From Trichoplax adhaerens (lineage: Eukaryota; Animalia; Placozoa), in assembly GCF_000150275.1 (NCBI RefSeq), contig NW_002060944.1:8518159-8582158 (forward strand): 64,000 nt of DNA, read 5' to 3'. Below the pieces are notes generated by a model. The model made no database searches. It saw only the letters and a program-made list of their open reading frames with translations, and was not told the origin of the DNA. The translations under genes and the position numbers were made by a program. Of this stretch, positions 1 to 20,074 are shown in pieces. How positions within the stretch are numbered: the first letter of the stretch is position 1; the number at the start of each line of letters is the position of its first letter.

Positions 1-978
1 CAAGTTGTACTGTAAACTTCATCGTATAATAGAGTAAAATAATTTTTTATCCACATTGGGAAAGAATCTAATTTGACGCTTTCCAATAAATGAACCACGT
101 GTTATGCAGCTATTGATTGAAGTATTCAACTCGATCATCAGATAGGAAGAGAGTCCAGTCAGGAAGTATAATTCCTATAGGATTTATAATCAACCATAAA
201 TTAGCAATCCAGGAGTGGTGGTAACCACTGCTACCTTGGACGTCATGATTTTCATTTTTTGTCTTGTCAATGATAACAATAAAAATGGACAAGCATGATG
301 AAGATTGTTTGATAGACTCGATCTTGAATAGTTTTCATCGTATTGACTGGGATAAAATCAATTATTTCCTATCTTTTATTTTATGAATTTTTCACTTTTC
401 TTTCAATGTGATCGATTGGATGATTTATTTTTTCTTTATCTTGATATTGTTCTCCAACTTATTCAATTTTACAATTATCTTCCCCACTTTCATCCTGTTG
501 TATATATATGGATATACTTATGTGCCTATATATGTATGCAAGTGCATGTTTGTGTATGTGTGGCATCTCTTCTTTCTCTCCACCCCCATTTTTCCTCGTC
601 TTTCTTTTTCGTTCTCTTCAATCTTTTCTTCTTTAGTGGATTTTTGTATTTTTAATTGTCAGTTGTAATCATTGGAAGGAGGGAGGAGCAGGTAATGATG
701 AATGAACTTTGGTCGTGATGACTTTTATTATCAATCTGCACATTATTATCTACAGTTACTTGCAATTAGGCTATGAACAACGCGTGGGTGTATATTATTG
801 TCCTATTAAATTAAAAAGTCCACCTTCAAAATTGGTAGTATGATAAATTGTGATATTTTAAGACTACCCTGGGAGTTAGTCAATGATTCGTAGACTCGAA
901 GTGTGATACGGTAGCAAAGAAGGAGAGAGAAAGAGAAAAAAAAATTCTTTTTAAAAAATTGATTATCATTTAAACTCA

Positions 979-3900
979 ATGGATGAAATTCAGTTATTAC
1001 CTTGTCCTTATTTAGATACACAAGTCAGTAATTTCCCAATCGTCACCGTCAAGACTGATGGCGAAGCAGACAATGTTCATAATTGTACCACCAATGTCAG
1101 TTTTGATGCAAGTAATCAACGCTACGTGAATGAACAACATTCTCCACCAATTCATCATACGCCGCCATCACCATCCAATCAACATCCTCATCATCATCAT
1201 TCACTTCATCATCACCATCCTTCTCTTCCACATCATCAACAGCAACATCCACAACAACAGCAACAACAATCTCAACAACATCAAACTTTATTCAGAAGGT
1301 TATCCGATAGTAGCGCTTATATATCAACTTTAGCCAGTCAGGAGAAACAACAACTAATGCGTCGATCGTCAGACAGTACTTCACTGATGGCCACAACTAA
1401 TGTTGATCGATTGAATGTGAGAAGATTATCCGATGGGATCGCTTTAAATAATGGCCATTTCCATCCACCCATGTTTAATAATCAATGCCAGCAGCAACCA
1501 ACTCAACAACAGCAACAACAAGCACCACCACCGCCACAACAGCAACATCAACGTTTATCACCAGCCAATAGCTTAAGTGGTACTGTCTTTTCAGGCAATC
1601 CTAATCCATTTCAGCAAGGATTTCCTAACGTTAAGCAAGAGTGTCAAGATAATTGTTATGATGTCGGTATGTAAGCCAAATGTTAAAAATGTGGGCGAAA
1701 TCAGTTTTTATATTAATCCACTGCGTTGATGTAAAGTAGTGGGCGATTGATTTCCATCGATTTCTCCATGTTATACAATATCCTATTCGCCATTTCATTT
1801 TTATACTTTTCCATTTTTTCTCTCCCTCCCCAATAATAATTAATTATCCTTCTTTTAATTTAATTTAATTTTACTGTACACTAGATAATTACTGACTAGT
1901 TCATATAATTTTAGACTTGTTGACATCGGCTAATAAGTAAAAAAAATGGTTGAAGATAAAATGGTTATGCTACTGTACTATTAAATTGGGTAGTAGTTAG
2001 TAAAAATGTTAACTTCTCTACATAGCCAGTCATACGCAGTTTACGATCATATAGGATAGTATTATTTCATCTATTATAAAATAGCCTTTCTAGTGGTGTA
2101 GTATTGGCTATGGAGTAACCATTATGAAATTATCAGGGGACGTTGACTGCAATATTCATTTTCTTTGTAATATACTTTGTATTTGGCAGAGAATATACTT
2201 AATTAAACAACTCAAAGTGTTATGATAAAGTAGACAGTCTTTAGGAGACTAGAAATAGATTAATCGAGTAACAGTTTGATATCCTTTCATCAAACAGAAC
2301 GGTCTCTTTAGTATTTTCTCGTTATTATTGAATATTTTTAGTTTTGATCTTATTATTGATCCATTTCGATTTTTTTTTCCCCTTATACCTTTCTGTTCGG
2401 GGTTGTACGTATGACTGTAATGATTTATAATATAAACATCAGTTGTTAAAAACTTTAGGAATTAATATTAGTAAAATTATCGTAAGTTAGTAAGTTATTG
2501 ATATTAATTTTACCGTTAAATCAGCAAAAAAGGATAAAAATGAAACTAAACAAGTTAATATAACTCAAAATCGATCTTCATAGAACTATTTTAATATTAG
2601 ATCGTAAAGTTATAAGGATATTGTAGAGTAAAATTGAAGCTAGGATGGGAGCTATGAAAATGATGATTCCCATAGTGAATGATATGGACTTTGCTGTTGT
2701 CTTGAAGCTGTTCTGCTATATGTTAACAACGATCGTAGTTAATTTTTAGAACATCCAATGAAATAGACAACGAAAATAATTAAAACGATAGAGTTGATAG
2801 ACGTATAGTTAGTATAGCAGTTGATGTATTTAATATCTACAAGTAATTCAGTTAAATAAGTTATAGACTGCAGTATAGATATTATTTCCTATGACTCTAC
2901 GATAGTTCCAATATGTTATCCTGAACGGTTGGAATTGATCTGCCAAACACTAACGTGATCGACTGTACTACTATCTATTAATGTCATGTTGAATAAACTT
3001 TAACGCTATAGATGAAGAAAGATTGATCCTGATGTTAAAGCCATCAAATATATTGAATAGCGAATTTGCTTTCAGTTTAAACAATAAACTATTGATAATC
3101 GAAATAAAACAAAGTAAAATTAATTTGAAAATCCCTAATGTTCAAAGAATATCTATTATTATTCAAATCTAACTACCGATGTTTATTAACGTTATAAACT
3201 GTAGAAATGGCATCACCATCTTCAGCTATGAGCGATAGTCGAAGTCCATATACTCCAATGGTTAATGCACCAGAAGTTCGATCTCCTTATGATGTCAATT
3301 CTATGTATGATGATCATAGTGAACATTTATACAATGATGGTGTCGGTAAGATGCAATCATTAAATTCGTCCTAGCTATTTTATAAGTATTCGTATAATTA
3401 TGCAATAAAATTTCGAATTTTTTTCCATTATAAATGACCATCATAAATAACTTATTTAATCATCGCATTAATCAGATTACAAAAAAATAAAAATTGTCTT
3501 ACCGTAAAATGAAGTATTATACAGAAAATCGATCCTTTCAGTGATGCCAACTCCCTTCATGATCAACATACCTTAAATAGATTTTATGCCTATCGAATTA
3601 GTAACTGATATCAATTACTTAATCATTAATTAGCTATTATTGTAGAAAGCACACGGTAGTCTATATTTTACATGTATAACGTTTCGTCAGGGAAGAATAA
3701 AGGCTTTTCAAAGTGATCTTGATAACTTACTTTATCTCTTCTATTAATCATCAACAATGTAAAAGTTAGTAGTATACAAGGTAATTCCAGATTAATATTT
3801 TCTGAATACACATATATAAGACCTAAAAATAATATTATCGTATATGATCTAAAAGTGCGGTCCTTTTTTATTATTTAGATAAAGCTGTAGACGAATCATA

Positions 3901-5060
3901 AATCAGCATAGTACTACAGCCAATATAAAGATCATTCCAAGTTTTTAACATATTGCGTGATTTAAATATAGGGAAATTAAGTAAATGATTTACTCGTCGC
4001 AAAGTTTTCAATCCTTTTATTGTTATAGTAATACAAATTAGCTAAAGTCATAAAAAATATTCTCGTTATATAGTGTTATGTAGTTAAGGTTCTCTATTCA
4101 ACTATGACTTTTTAATAATTATGTACATAGTCGTCAAATCTAACCTCTTCACTCCTGTGTTAGAAATGGATGTGGGAGTATATTTCGACTGTTAAATATC
4201 AAACATTTCCTTTACATCGTTAGCGTAAAAATTTATAAAATCACACAAGAACTAGTAACTCAGTGCCTTTACTTGACTAATTTATTGCCATTTATTAAAA
4301 TATGTTTATATCATCACCTGATTATTACTTCAATCGCAAAACGTGTTATAAAATATACCTTTTGCTGAGCGTATATTGACTGCTAATGCAAAATTAATGG
4401 CCGTTCAATATACCTTCTTTCTACTCTAGTACTGTATATTAAATGTAACTCAGGGTATGATCGATAGGAATTATCATTGTCAATATTTTAGAAACAAATT
4501 ATCTTTATTTGTTTTTTGTAGCAGTTGCTGAAAGCAAAGGTAGATCTGAAGGTTATGATCTACCTACCTTTCAACGCCGTGGCTCATTACAGCTGTGGCA
4601 ATTTTTAATAACTTTGCTAGACGATGCTGAATGTAGTGGCATTATCTCATGGACAGGGCGTGGAATGGAATTTAAATTAAATGATCCAGAAGAAGTTGCA
4701 CGCCGATGGGGACAACAAAAGAATCGTCCAGCCATGAATTACGATAAATTAAGTCGATCGCTACGCTACTACTATGAGAAAGGTATTATGCAAAAGGTAG
4801 CTGGAGAACGTTATGTCTACAAATTTGTTTGTAGCCCAGACGCATTATATAAAATGGCTTATCCTGATGCTAACAAATCAGTTCCAAGGCAAGAATATCG
4901 GTCACCTTTAATTCAACAGGAACATCCTATTATAAACATCTCGAGTGTACGCCATCAACCGCCTTTTCAACGTTATCTTGATCAAACACACTATCCTGAA
5001 CCCGGTCGTTATATTGAAAACTGTAATAGCAACACGGAATGGCAAAGCAACATTATGTAG
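979..5060 (+). CDS. ETV1/4/5: PEA3-subfamily ETS transcription factor (ETV1/ETV4/ETV5-like); exons 979-1666, 3205-3345, 4522(or 4525)-5060
   Basis: The last exon encodes an ETS domain with the PEA3 signature [18 protein letters not shown]...[42 protein letters not shown]. The N-terminal YLDTQV resembles the PEA3 N-terminal YLDQQV motif, and VKQE is a SUMO consensus. Phase-1 GT-AG junctions (G|gtatgt at 1666, tag|AA at 3205, G|gtaag at 3345, tagcag at 4519-4524) join in frame. Confidence 0.93.
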
Positions 5061-5267
5061 GCCATCTATTTGTAGAGACTTTTTAATGTAAACCTCCCTA
5101 ATCAGAGTCAATGATAATGATTTAATTGTGATTAAAAATTTAAAAAAATTGACACATTGTTACCTGCCTAAAATGTTGCACACACTGTTATGATCAACTC
5201 GGTACTGTAAACTTTTTATTTGTAAGGCTTCATCACCAATGTAAGCATGTGATATGTACATATACGC

Positions 5268-5283
5268 GTATATATATATATTG

Positions 5284-5313
<30 letters not shown>
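5268..5313. repeat. (TA)n microsatellite in the presumed ETS 3' UTR
   Basis: Interrupted run of TA dinucleotides read directly. Confidence 0.9.
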
Positions 5314-5314
<1 letters not shown>

Positions 5315-6057
5315 TGATGCTGTACTGCATTTGTGTGTTTCTGTTTGCTTATATATGTGTACCTGTATATATGTACTGGATGCGCTATATATATTTACAA
5401 GTGTGATTATGTTTATAATTATGGAAATGTTTCTCAATCCTCTCGTAAACGCAATTTTTTCTTGGCCTCATTTTATGATGACTAGCAGCTGACGTTTTCA
5501 ACCTTAACCAGGCTGACCAATCAACTTGAGATATGTTTAAGCTTAATTCGTTCCATTTCTATTTATCGAATGCTGTTTATATTGTTTAACGTATATTAAG
5601 TATCTGCATTGTAAAAGTAATCTATAGCCATATTTTATGTCGTTGCCATGTAACTTTTTCGCTACGTGGAAAAGTGAAATTAGTTTATATATTGAGGTAA
5701 TAGCTATAGAAACATTATTGTTAATTAATTAAGGAATATTGTGATGATGATAATATCCGCCACAATAGCATAATTATGAATTCTTGTCAAATATGCTATT
5801 CGCTGAGTAGTATTCACAAAGCAGTCTAGCCTAGTAATGACAAGTCATTAACAGCTGGTAGTGATAGACTAGATAATTTCACGCTAAGCAGATTACTTTT
5901 TGTGTCTATTGAGGCAGTAATACCACTATAGTAGACTAATGTAGGTATTGTTATGTAACCATTTTATTAGCTCGCCTTATTTCCTCTGCTACTAGTATTA
6001 TCGCGATCTATTCACTTTTCTGTATAATAGAATTACTACACATATAAATCGCTTGTA

Positions 6058-6098
6058 GGTGTATGTATGTATGTATGTGTGTGTATGTATACATGTGT
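6058..6098. repeat. (TATG)n/(TG)n microsatellite
   Basis: gtgtatgtatgtatgtatgtgtgtgtatgtatacatgtgtg. Confidence 0.8.
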
Positions 6099-6548
6099 GA
6101 TATGCGATAGCTATTTGCACGATAGATGTTCATGTTTAAAGTGTATATGAATACCTTTATGTAGCGGCTATGTGCATGGCCGGCCACATGTAAATATTTA
6201 TTGTGATTCTAAGCCTAACTATGTTAAAATAGCATATTATGTCTATTACTTATTTATATACGTATACTTGTAGATATATATCCTTAAACATGCAATTGGA
6301 CATGCCTACCAGTTAATATATACAGCTGTAACCAAGTAATAACATTTATGCTAGTATAAGCAATATGGACAGCGTGGTTCAAGAAAAGAATAAGGTCAAA
6401 TGAAGACGCAAAGACAGGAATATTGCGCATGAAATTCAACACTTTAAGAATGTTGCTATATGATGAATTGAGGATTAATAACATGGGTTTTTATTTCTTG
6501 GCCTCGGACTAGGTTCCAACGCTAATTTAAAGAGACAACAAAAATTTC

Positions 6549-6760
6549 GCCTCTTGCTGCTATTAACAAGATAACTAATAGTTTCATCGCTGCTACTCTA
6601 CGTTGTCTTTAAAAGTGAATCCACTTTAATACAATGAAAGCCTGCAGTACTATTCTGCCTCTTAGCGCTATTAAGAAGATAACTAATAGTTGCATCGCTG
6701 CTACTCTACGTCGTCTTTAAAAATGAATCAACGTTAATACAATGAAAAGCCTACAGTACT
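6549..6760. repeat. Two-copy tandem duplication, unit about 108 bp
   Basis: gcctctt...gctatta(c/g)aagataactaatagtt(t/g)catcgctgctactctacgt...gcct(g/a)cagtact starts at about 6549 and again at about 6657. Confidence 0.9.
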
Positions 6761-9700
6761 CAAGTTAAAACTAAGATGGTAACATAGTTTTGCCTTCGTA
6801 CTATCGATATCATCCAATGCTATTGCAAATAAATACCACTATGCCTTAAACCATAATGGAAGGTTTAATAAGGTCTGACGATATAGAATGTTCTCGATAA
6901 AACGTACGATTGCTATCTAGGCCATTACGTTGCTACCCGAACCTGGCCATTTATAACGGTACCGGTAACCATACTATGTCAGTCCGTTGGCAAGTAATGA
7001 TTGACTTCTTACAAGCTTTCTATTAGTCCATGGCCACGTTGAAGTCTAGTAGAAGTAGTCAGTGTACCTCATTTGCCTTGGATGATTAATACGATACCGT
7101 GATGGCTTTTACATCTGAGAGGTAGGATAGGATTCATCGCAGAGCAAAAGAATCATAAATGCCAAGCTAGAAAAGATGGTCCCACAACTTTTTTTTCGTG
7201 ATAAGAATGGTAACCGTTAAAGGACAAGCTACAATAACTAGTAATTGCTAAAAGTGTTATATCAGTCATCGCCTTGTACAAAATTACAAATGAAATACGA
7301 ATTGGCATGATGGAATAGCAAGAACTTCAACGACAGCAATAACATTAGCAAAATTTAAAACATTGTCGGTATGGTATTCGAATGTATAGGTGTATGCATA
7401 CCTTGAGTTGTAAAAAGAAGAAATTTCAAGTCATATAGCTGAGACAATAATAAAATAATTTGTTATTTGTTAGCCTCGCTATTTAAAAGAAAGAACGAAA
7501 AAATTTTGAAATGATCTATAATGGTTTAGATCTCTTTCTAAGGCAGGAAAATAACCCAAGAAGTGAAGTATAAGCATAGCAACATCTAATTAAATTTACT
7601 TATAAATTAGCCATAGAGTCTCTACCTTGGTTAGATAAATCTTTAACTGGTAAATATCTAATGTTATCAAAAACATTTGCCATGTATCTATGTATATTTG
7701 GGCTACTATCAAATCTTGAAAAGGGTTTTAATTACAGTACATCATCAAATTAGGTTAATAGATTTGGAATGATTTTTAAGCGTTTCAAGCTACGTATATC
7801 TTTATTAGTGATAGCGATAAAATGATTCTCTTGCTAGATAAGATTGCTGCTTGATTCAAATTTTTCGTTCAGATTTTCGTGATAATAATTGCGTTTTTAA
7901 TTTTAGGTAATAATTTAAGGAACGGTCGGCTATAGTAAAGTATAGCACGATCTTATGTGAAGCAATAACTTTAAATGTGTTTAAATTTAATTAGATATTA
8001 TATAGGGCTTGTGCGAATGTTACTTATAAACTTTCGTCTAAAAATATTCATAGTAATGCTGTAATGTAGCTAGATTAATACTAGTTACGATGATATCTTT
8101 GTTTTGAAGCTGGATATACTCGTACATATCTACCACATTAAAGTTGGTTTCTACGCTTTCTACTATTTTAACCCTTGTTTTCTTCACGGTTAATTCGGAT
8201 TGTATTATCTAGCTGTTCTACGTACTGTTGATTTACACTACTTACATCATGCAAAATAAATAATACTACTAATAATTGCCACTTGCAGATGATATCAAGT
8301 TACAATCCAAATTTAACAGTTGTTTTTAAGAAATACCTGTATCAGCTCTATTTCTACGTCCTAGATACTCTTGCAATATTATTAATAATTTATTGACAAA
8401 TAATTTTCTCAATTTGTGAATTGATAACTTTAATTGTGATTACGATACTTAATTTGACTTCAGAAGTACAGTAATTTGTCCAATTGGATTGTGTAAAAAA
8501 GAAATTCCATTTTTACATAACGTCTTTTTTTGGGTCAATCTGCTATTACATTGATGAATAATTCAATTCTAAAGTAGTGACTTAAAATAACAACTGCTGT
8601 AATTTTAAATTTCCGTAATAGGATTAAATTTAGACAGACAATAAAATCATGAAAATATAAAGACACTCACAACTAACTTATTGCTAGACAAGCCAGTTTC
8701 AATGCATTCTTTGAAGACAAATAATTAAATGATCAATTCCTATAGTTTAAAACATCATTGTTAGTAGAACTACATCATTTTGTTACCTAATAAATGAAAA
8801 TGGCTCAGCGGGGATGTGTATAGAAGAATCTAGTTGCATCGTTATTACATCAGTCATTATTTGATTTTGACATAACGCTAGAATAGGCGACTTGGTGCTA
8901 CTTAGGTATAACGTCATTTCATTAATTATTGTGGCGTTTGCCAAGGCTACCATTAGTTAATATAGCGTCAATGATGATTTAATGTCAGTTAGTCCTTTTA
9001 TTTTCTTTATTGTTAGTAATATAATTCACGCAATGACGCGTGAATTATATTCTAGATCAACGCTATCAATTTCCTGTACAGCCGCTGTTATTTAGAATGA
9101 CATTAGTATCGAATTACAAAGTTAAAATATTATCTGTTGGGTTTGTATTTAAAATTATAAGAAAATAAATATATCAGTCCAACTGACCTGTGTATATGTG
9201 TTCCGGGGCAAACTAAGCAATATTGTACAAACGATTTATTTAAAAGCAGATAAATTTATTAGTTATGCGTAGAATGCTTTGTTATTGAACGAAGAACAAC
9301 ATTTACTGTCGTCATTAACTTAAAATATGTGATCTATTATAGTCACTATTTTAGTTATGATTGCAGCATATCTATTCCTTTTTACTTTGATTTTTCTTTC
9401 GAAATCCTCGAGATATTTCCTGCTACTCAACGTCATTAACAGATATAAAAATAGCTAATGCCAAGGATTTGTAACAATTAATAATGCGTACAATAAGTAT
9501 GATGTCTGTGATAATTAATTGCTCGGAAAGTAAACCCAATAACGTTTATCAATTACCTTCGATCGTAAGTTGTGTTGAATTATACAGTAGTTCTAGCTAT
9601 AGGAAGCACCTTATTATTTTTCTTTAAAATACATTGATGATTCACAAGAACGATTTATACGTTATTTATTCCATTTTATCCCATGCGTAATAGCTTATTA

Positions 9701-12700
9701 GGTATGGCATGTCTTTTCCCCTCCATATGCTTAAGAGAAATTGGAAAAATAATATTTATGTAAAATTTAATTACTTTCAATTTGTCTGCATAAATGATCA
9801 AAATTATGGACAACAGTAATTTGGAACTATTTCATATATTCGTGTAGCATATTAGAGAATTACATAATTTTGTTAACTTAAAATTAGGGTTATGTGAGCA
9901 AAACCGCAGTAATAGTAGTAGACTATTACACGGTCATTACAAAACCTTATACACATAAGAATATCATAAAACTAGCCGAAATATTATCACTTTAACACTT
10001 GGTTGATTAGAAAGATTTAAAGATTTATCAATGGTCGTTTGCTCCATCAAGGCCATACTATTAATTAGCCAGACCACTTATTATTATTCTGTTTTCAGGG
10101 TAAATATGCTATATTCATCTTACACTAATTTAAATGGCTTATAATAGGGTACGGTACGGTATACAGTAGCCACAATTTGTTTAATTTCGTAGCTTGTGTA
10201 CGCTTTTGTCAGACCTAGCATTGGAATATAGAATGGGTAACATATGCAGTATGCAGTATTCATGTTGCTCATACAGCATAAGTATAGGTGCATGTGTTCC
10301 AGCCGTAAGGCTGCGTCCATTCTCAGAAATAGCTAAAACATTTGCTTACTTAAAAACTGAAATAGACAAACCAGTTGTTATACGCACGTGGCATATCCTT
10401 TGCTAATTGTTGTAAATTAAAGTTTATTTATGAATGAAATTGTTAAACAATCGCTACAAGCAATTAAATCATATACCGCATATAAGAGCATATCAAGATA
10501 GCTAATTTCAGCAGTATCAGAGAATATGGAGAGATACTGCTAAAGCCGGGTATTCTCCAGTTTATGATAACATAGACTAGCATAACCTACTATTTAAGGA
10601 CAATTGATGATAATATTTATAAGGGGATGTTATTAATTGGTGTTGAAATCTACAATTAGGGTATTTTTAAGCCATATTAGATATGAGTGACAATATAGTG
10701 TACAATCAGGTTTGGGATATTATACGCTTATTACCTTGATATATTTATAGTCTTGTAAGTTATTTTGAGCTCGTTTAACATGCAATAGAGTAAATTTAAT
10801 AGACTTTTACTACGCGTTTTTTACTTATTAACAAAATTATAGTTTAAATATGGATTTACAGTCTTCGGTTTCATGAAGCACCTATTGTTTGATTCTCATC
10901 ATTTTCTGAAGCAAGTAAAAATATGCGCTGTAACACGCTATATGATTTGCCTTTCAATATTTAACCACAATGCAGTAGATCAAACGGCTGCCAAAACGTA
11001 TTCATAGTCGTTGGCATCCTAAGATGCTTTGCGAATTGCTAGAGAATGTTTATGTTTAAAGCATTCCTGCTGTTATGGCATCAAATAATACTCTTTCACG
11101 AAATTTATCAATTTAACATTTTCAAATTTAATTATGAAGCCAGAAATATTCCTAATTTCACCATGATTATTTTATGTTAAGAGCTTGAATATCAGAACAG
11201 AATTTTAGCATTATTCTTTTCGGATCAAGATCCTTCATTTTTGCAGAGTTGTACTTAAGACTGTATAATAATCCAGTTATTATTTCTTAATTGCTTTATG
11301 ATTGGGACACTTTAAAACAAGGTGGAGATTAGGGGATAATACCGACTTATTATATTTTATCTATCAAGCCACTTACAGTAATCTGGGAATTTTGCAAATA
11401 AGTATAACTATGTGGCTGAATTCTAAATATATTTTAAAGCTTACAACCGATAATATCTATAACGCTTACAGAGAAACTTGCGACTTCTGGTTCAATGATT
11501 ACTTTAGCTAAACAATTAACTTCTAACGATTTCAATACAACCAGGAACTGCAGCAAAACAAGACTAAAGTAATTTGGACTACTCCACCATTTTATATGCT
11601 TCACAGAGCGGTTGGTGGCCTCTCTACTATGAATCATAAATTCTAAAGTAAGCTAAAAGTTATTACCAACTAGGATACTAGCGATCAATCTACATGTCTT
11701 AGGACAGATTATACTCTACGATTCCCTTCTACATGGTACATACATATATATAATGTTAAACTTACAATCCTACGGTAAACGAATATTATCAATTAACAAT
11801 CATTACCAGCCATCCTCAATATTAAGTAGTCAGCTACAATCATAATCATACAATGCAATATTCAACATTCCTTAGTCGGGAGTCAGTTACGACTTAAAAG
11901 GACACAGTTCATATAAATATTACATGATATCTATTGACTGGTCATCAATATATTATCAACGATGACTAATCAAGAACTTAAACAGTATTAACTATATTAG
12001 CATCTTATATCTTAGTAACGTTAACTATAGTGGAGGGTTCACGTTATACTGGTTGACACAATCCATCCACTACCATCTAAACTAATTTAGATATTATTTA
12101 CGAGCTATTACATTAAATCTGAAATTACGCTACGGTTCATCATTAAGTCTACCAAATAAAAAAAATACTCTATGAAGGAGACAACTAAATATTAACCTTC
12201 ATTGCAAATGAGTCTATATGATGTAAGACTAGCAAGATCACTAGTTTGTAAATTTAAACGCGATCCATACTCCTAGATGTTTTGCTAATTTTGCTTCTTT
12301 CTTGCAAAATTTTTACGCTGTTACTAACTTAACCTTACCCTAACAACGTTCGAAAATACGTTACGGTGGCTAATTGGATCATGAGTAACAAAGAAACTAT
12401 TTAGTATTAATAATGCCGCAATGATCTTCTACGTCTCTGATTTTAGTTGTAGCAACGATAAAGCAAGATGTACAGAATATACCTGTCGTATAAAAAGCTA
12501 ACGAGCTAAAGAATTTAATATATTAGCTGTAATTTTACTCCCTTATAACGAGCAACTAGTAAAAATGGAGTAAAAAGTTTGACCATGATTTAAACCGCCA
12601 GCTTATAAAGAGAAATAATTAAGTTAATTCATACTGCATTCTACGAGTAACTAGCAACAATGTTTCAGCTAATTAATTGTCGGTTACTATAACTAACAAT

Positions 12701-13290
12701 CGAAATTTCAAGCACGGTTGTTGTTAAGTAAACATTCATGATGCCAAATACGAGCTGTATTTACACAATTTACATTATGAAGGCATAAATAAAAGACTTC
12801 TTTCAAGCAATTATAATGATTTATTTCGCATTCGTTTCCTATATCTCTATAAAATCAGCATGATTTTGATGTTTGTCGTAGGTGTTAACTTTGTTACAAG
12901 ATGATGCAACCTTATGGATTGCTAAAGCCGTCATTTGATAAAAACTTCGCACTCGAACCATAGAAATGGTTAAGGATATATTTTAAACGATAAGTAGGCT
13001 TATTGTACAATTCAAAATTATTTGTTGTTATCATATCTGACTAAACATTATTAGTGTAATCATAACATAAATTTAAAGTTTATCTATTGGGAATAATTTT
13101 TTTACATTCATAGCATGTAATGATCAATAAGTATGCGAAGTCGAACTACTGAGCACAGTTGCTAATGGTATTATTGCTCATCTGACACTCCAAAACGATA
13201 ATAAAGTATGGTATCGCACTCGATAGCGATAATTCTAGTTATTATACAGGTTTGTTGAGATATTTTATTAGCAATTATACATAAATAGAA

Positions 13291-19395
<6,105 letters not shown>

Positions 19396-20074
19396 TGGCC
19401 CAATGTAATTTCAATTTCCTTTGCTAAGCAATCAATCCGCGCAGACGATAACTGTACTTCGACTGTCTATGACGATGTAGAATCCAATCCCTACTGGCAG
19501 AGTTGACGAACTGAGAGTCAACGACGTCTCGACATAGACCACAACACTCACCACTTGACACCACAGATTCAGAGAATGTTACTAACTGCTAGCAATCAAT
19601 AAACCACTTTGAAAAATCATAATATGATAGCAGACTGAATGAAATTGTTGCGCATTCTTCATTCACAAAAAACAAATATGGCGTCCAAGCGATTGCTCAG
19701 CCATCAACATGTGAACACTGCTAGCGCTCCACTTCCCCTCCGACCCTATACAAACATAAGTGGATTCCTGTACAGTATGCGACATGCATAAGCTGGTCAA
19801 AGAAGAAAAAGTCCTCAGTGGCGATTGCATTGTCCTCACAATGGACTACAGTACTTTCCATTGGCTTACAGCTCTTGCCCAATTCCAGATCATAATAGAT
19901 AGGCTTGGTAACGGGACAGTATGACATGCTCTGTACAGTACCCTGTCAATAGTCCAGTAGGCTACAGTACAATATACTGCTGCTGCAGTTGTACTGTACA
20001 CTACCGCACTGTAGACTGTACAGTACTGTACGGTACTCTGGACCATGGCCGTGTGAACAGATACCCTGCTATGG

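Noticed and set aside
383-668. Overlapping Phe-rich ORFs of 90 and 86 aa
   Set aside because: They arise from pyrimidine-rich low-complexity DNA upstream of the ETS gene and show no domain features
6284-6512. Possible homeobox remnant (WFKKR on the + strand)
   Set aside because: No helix 1-3 homeodomain pattern and no convincing splice context
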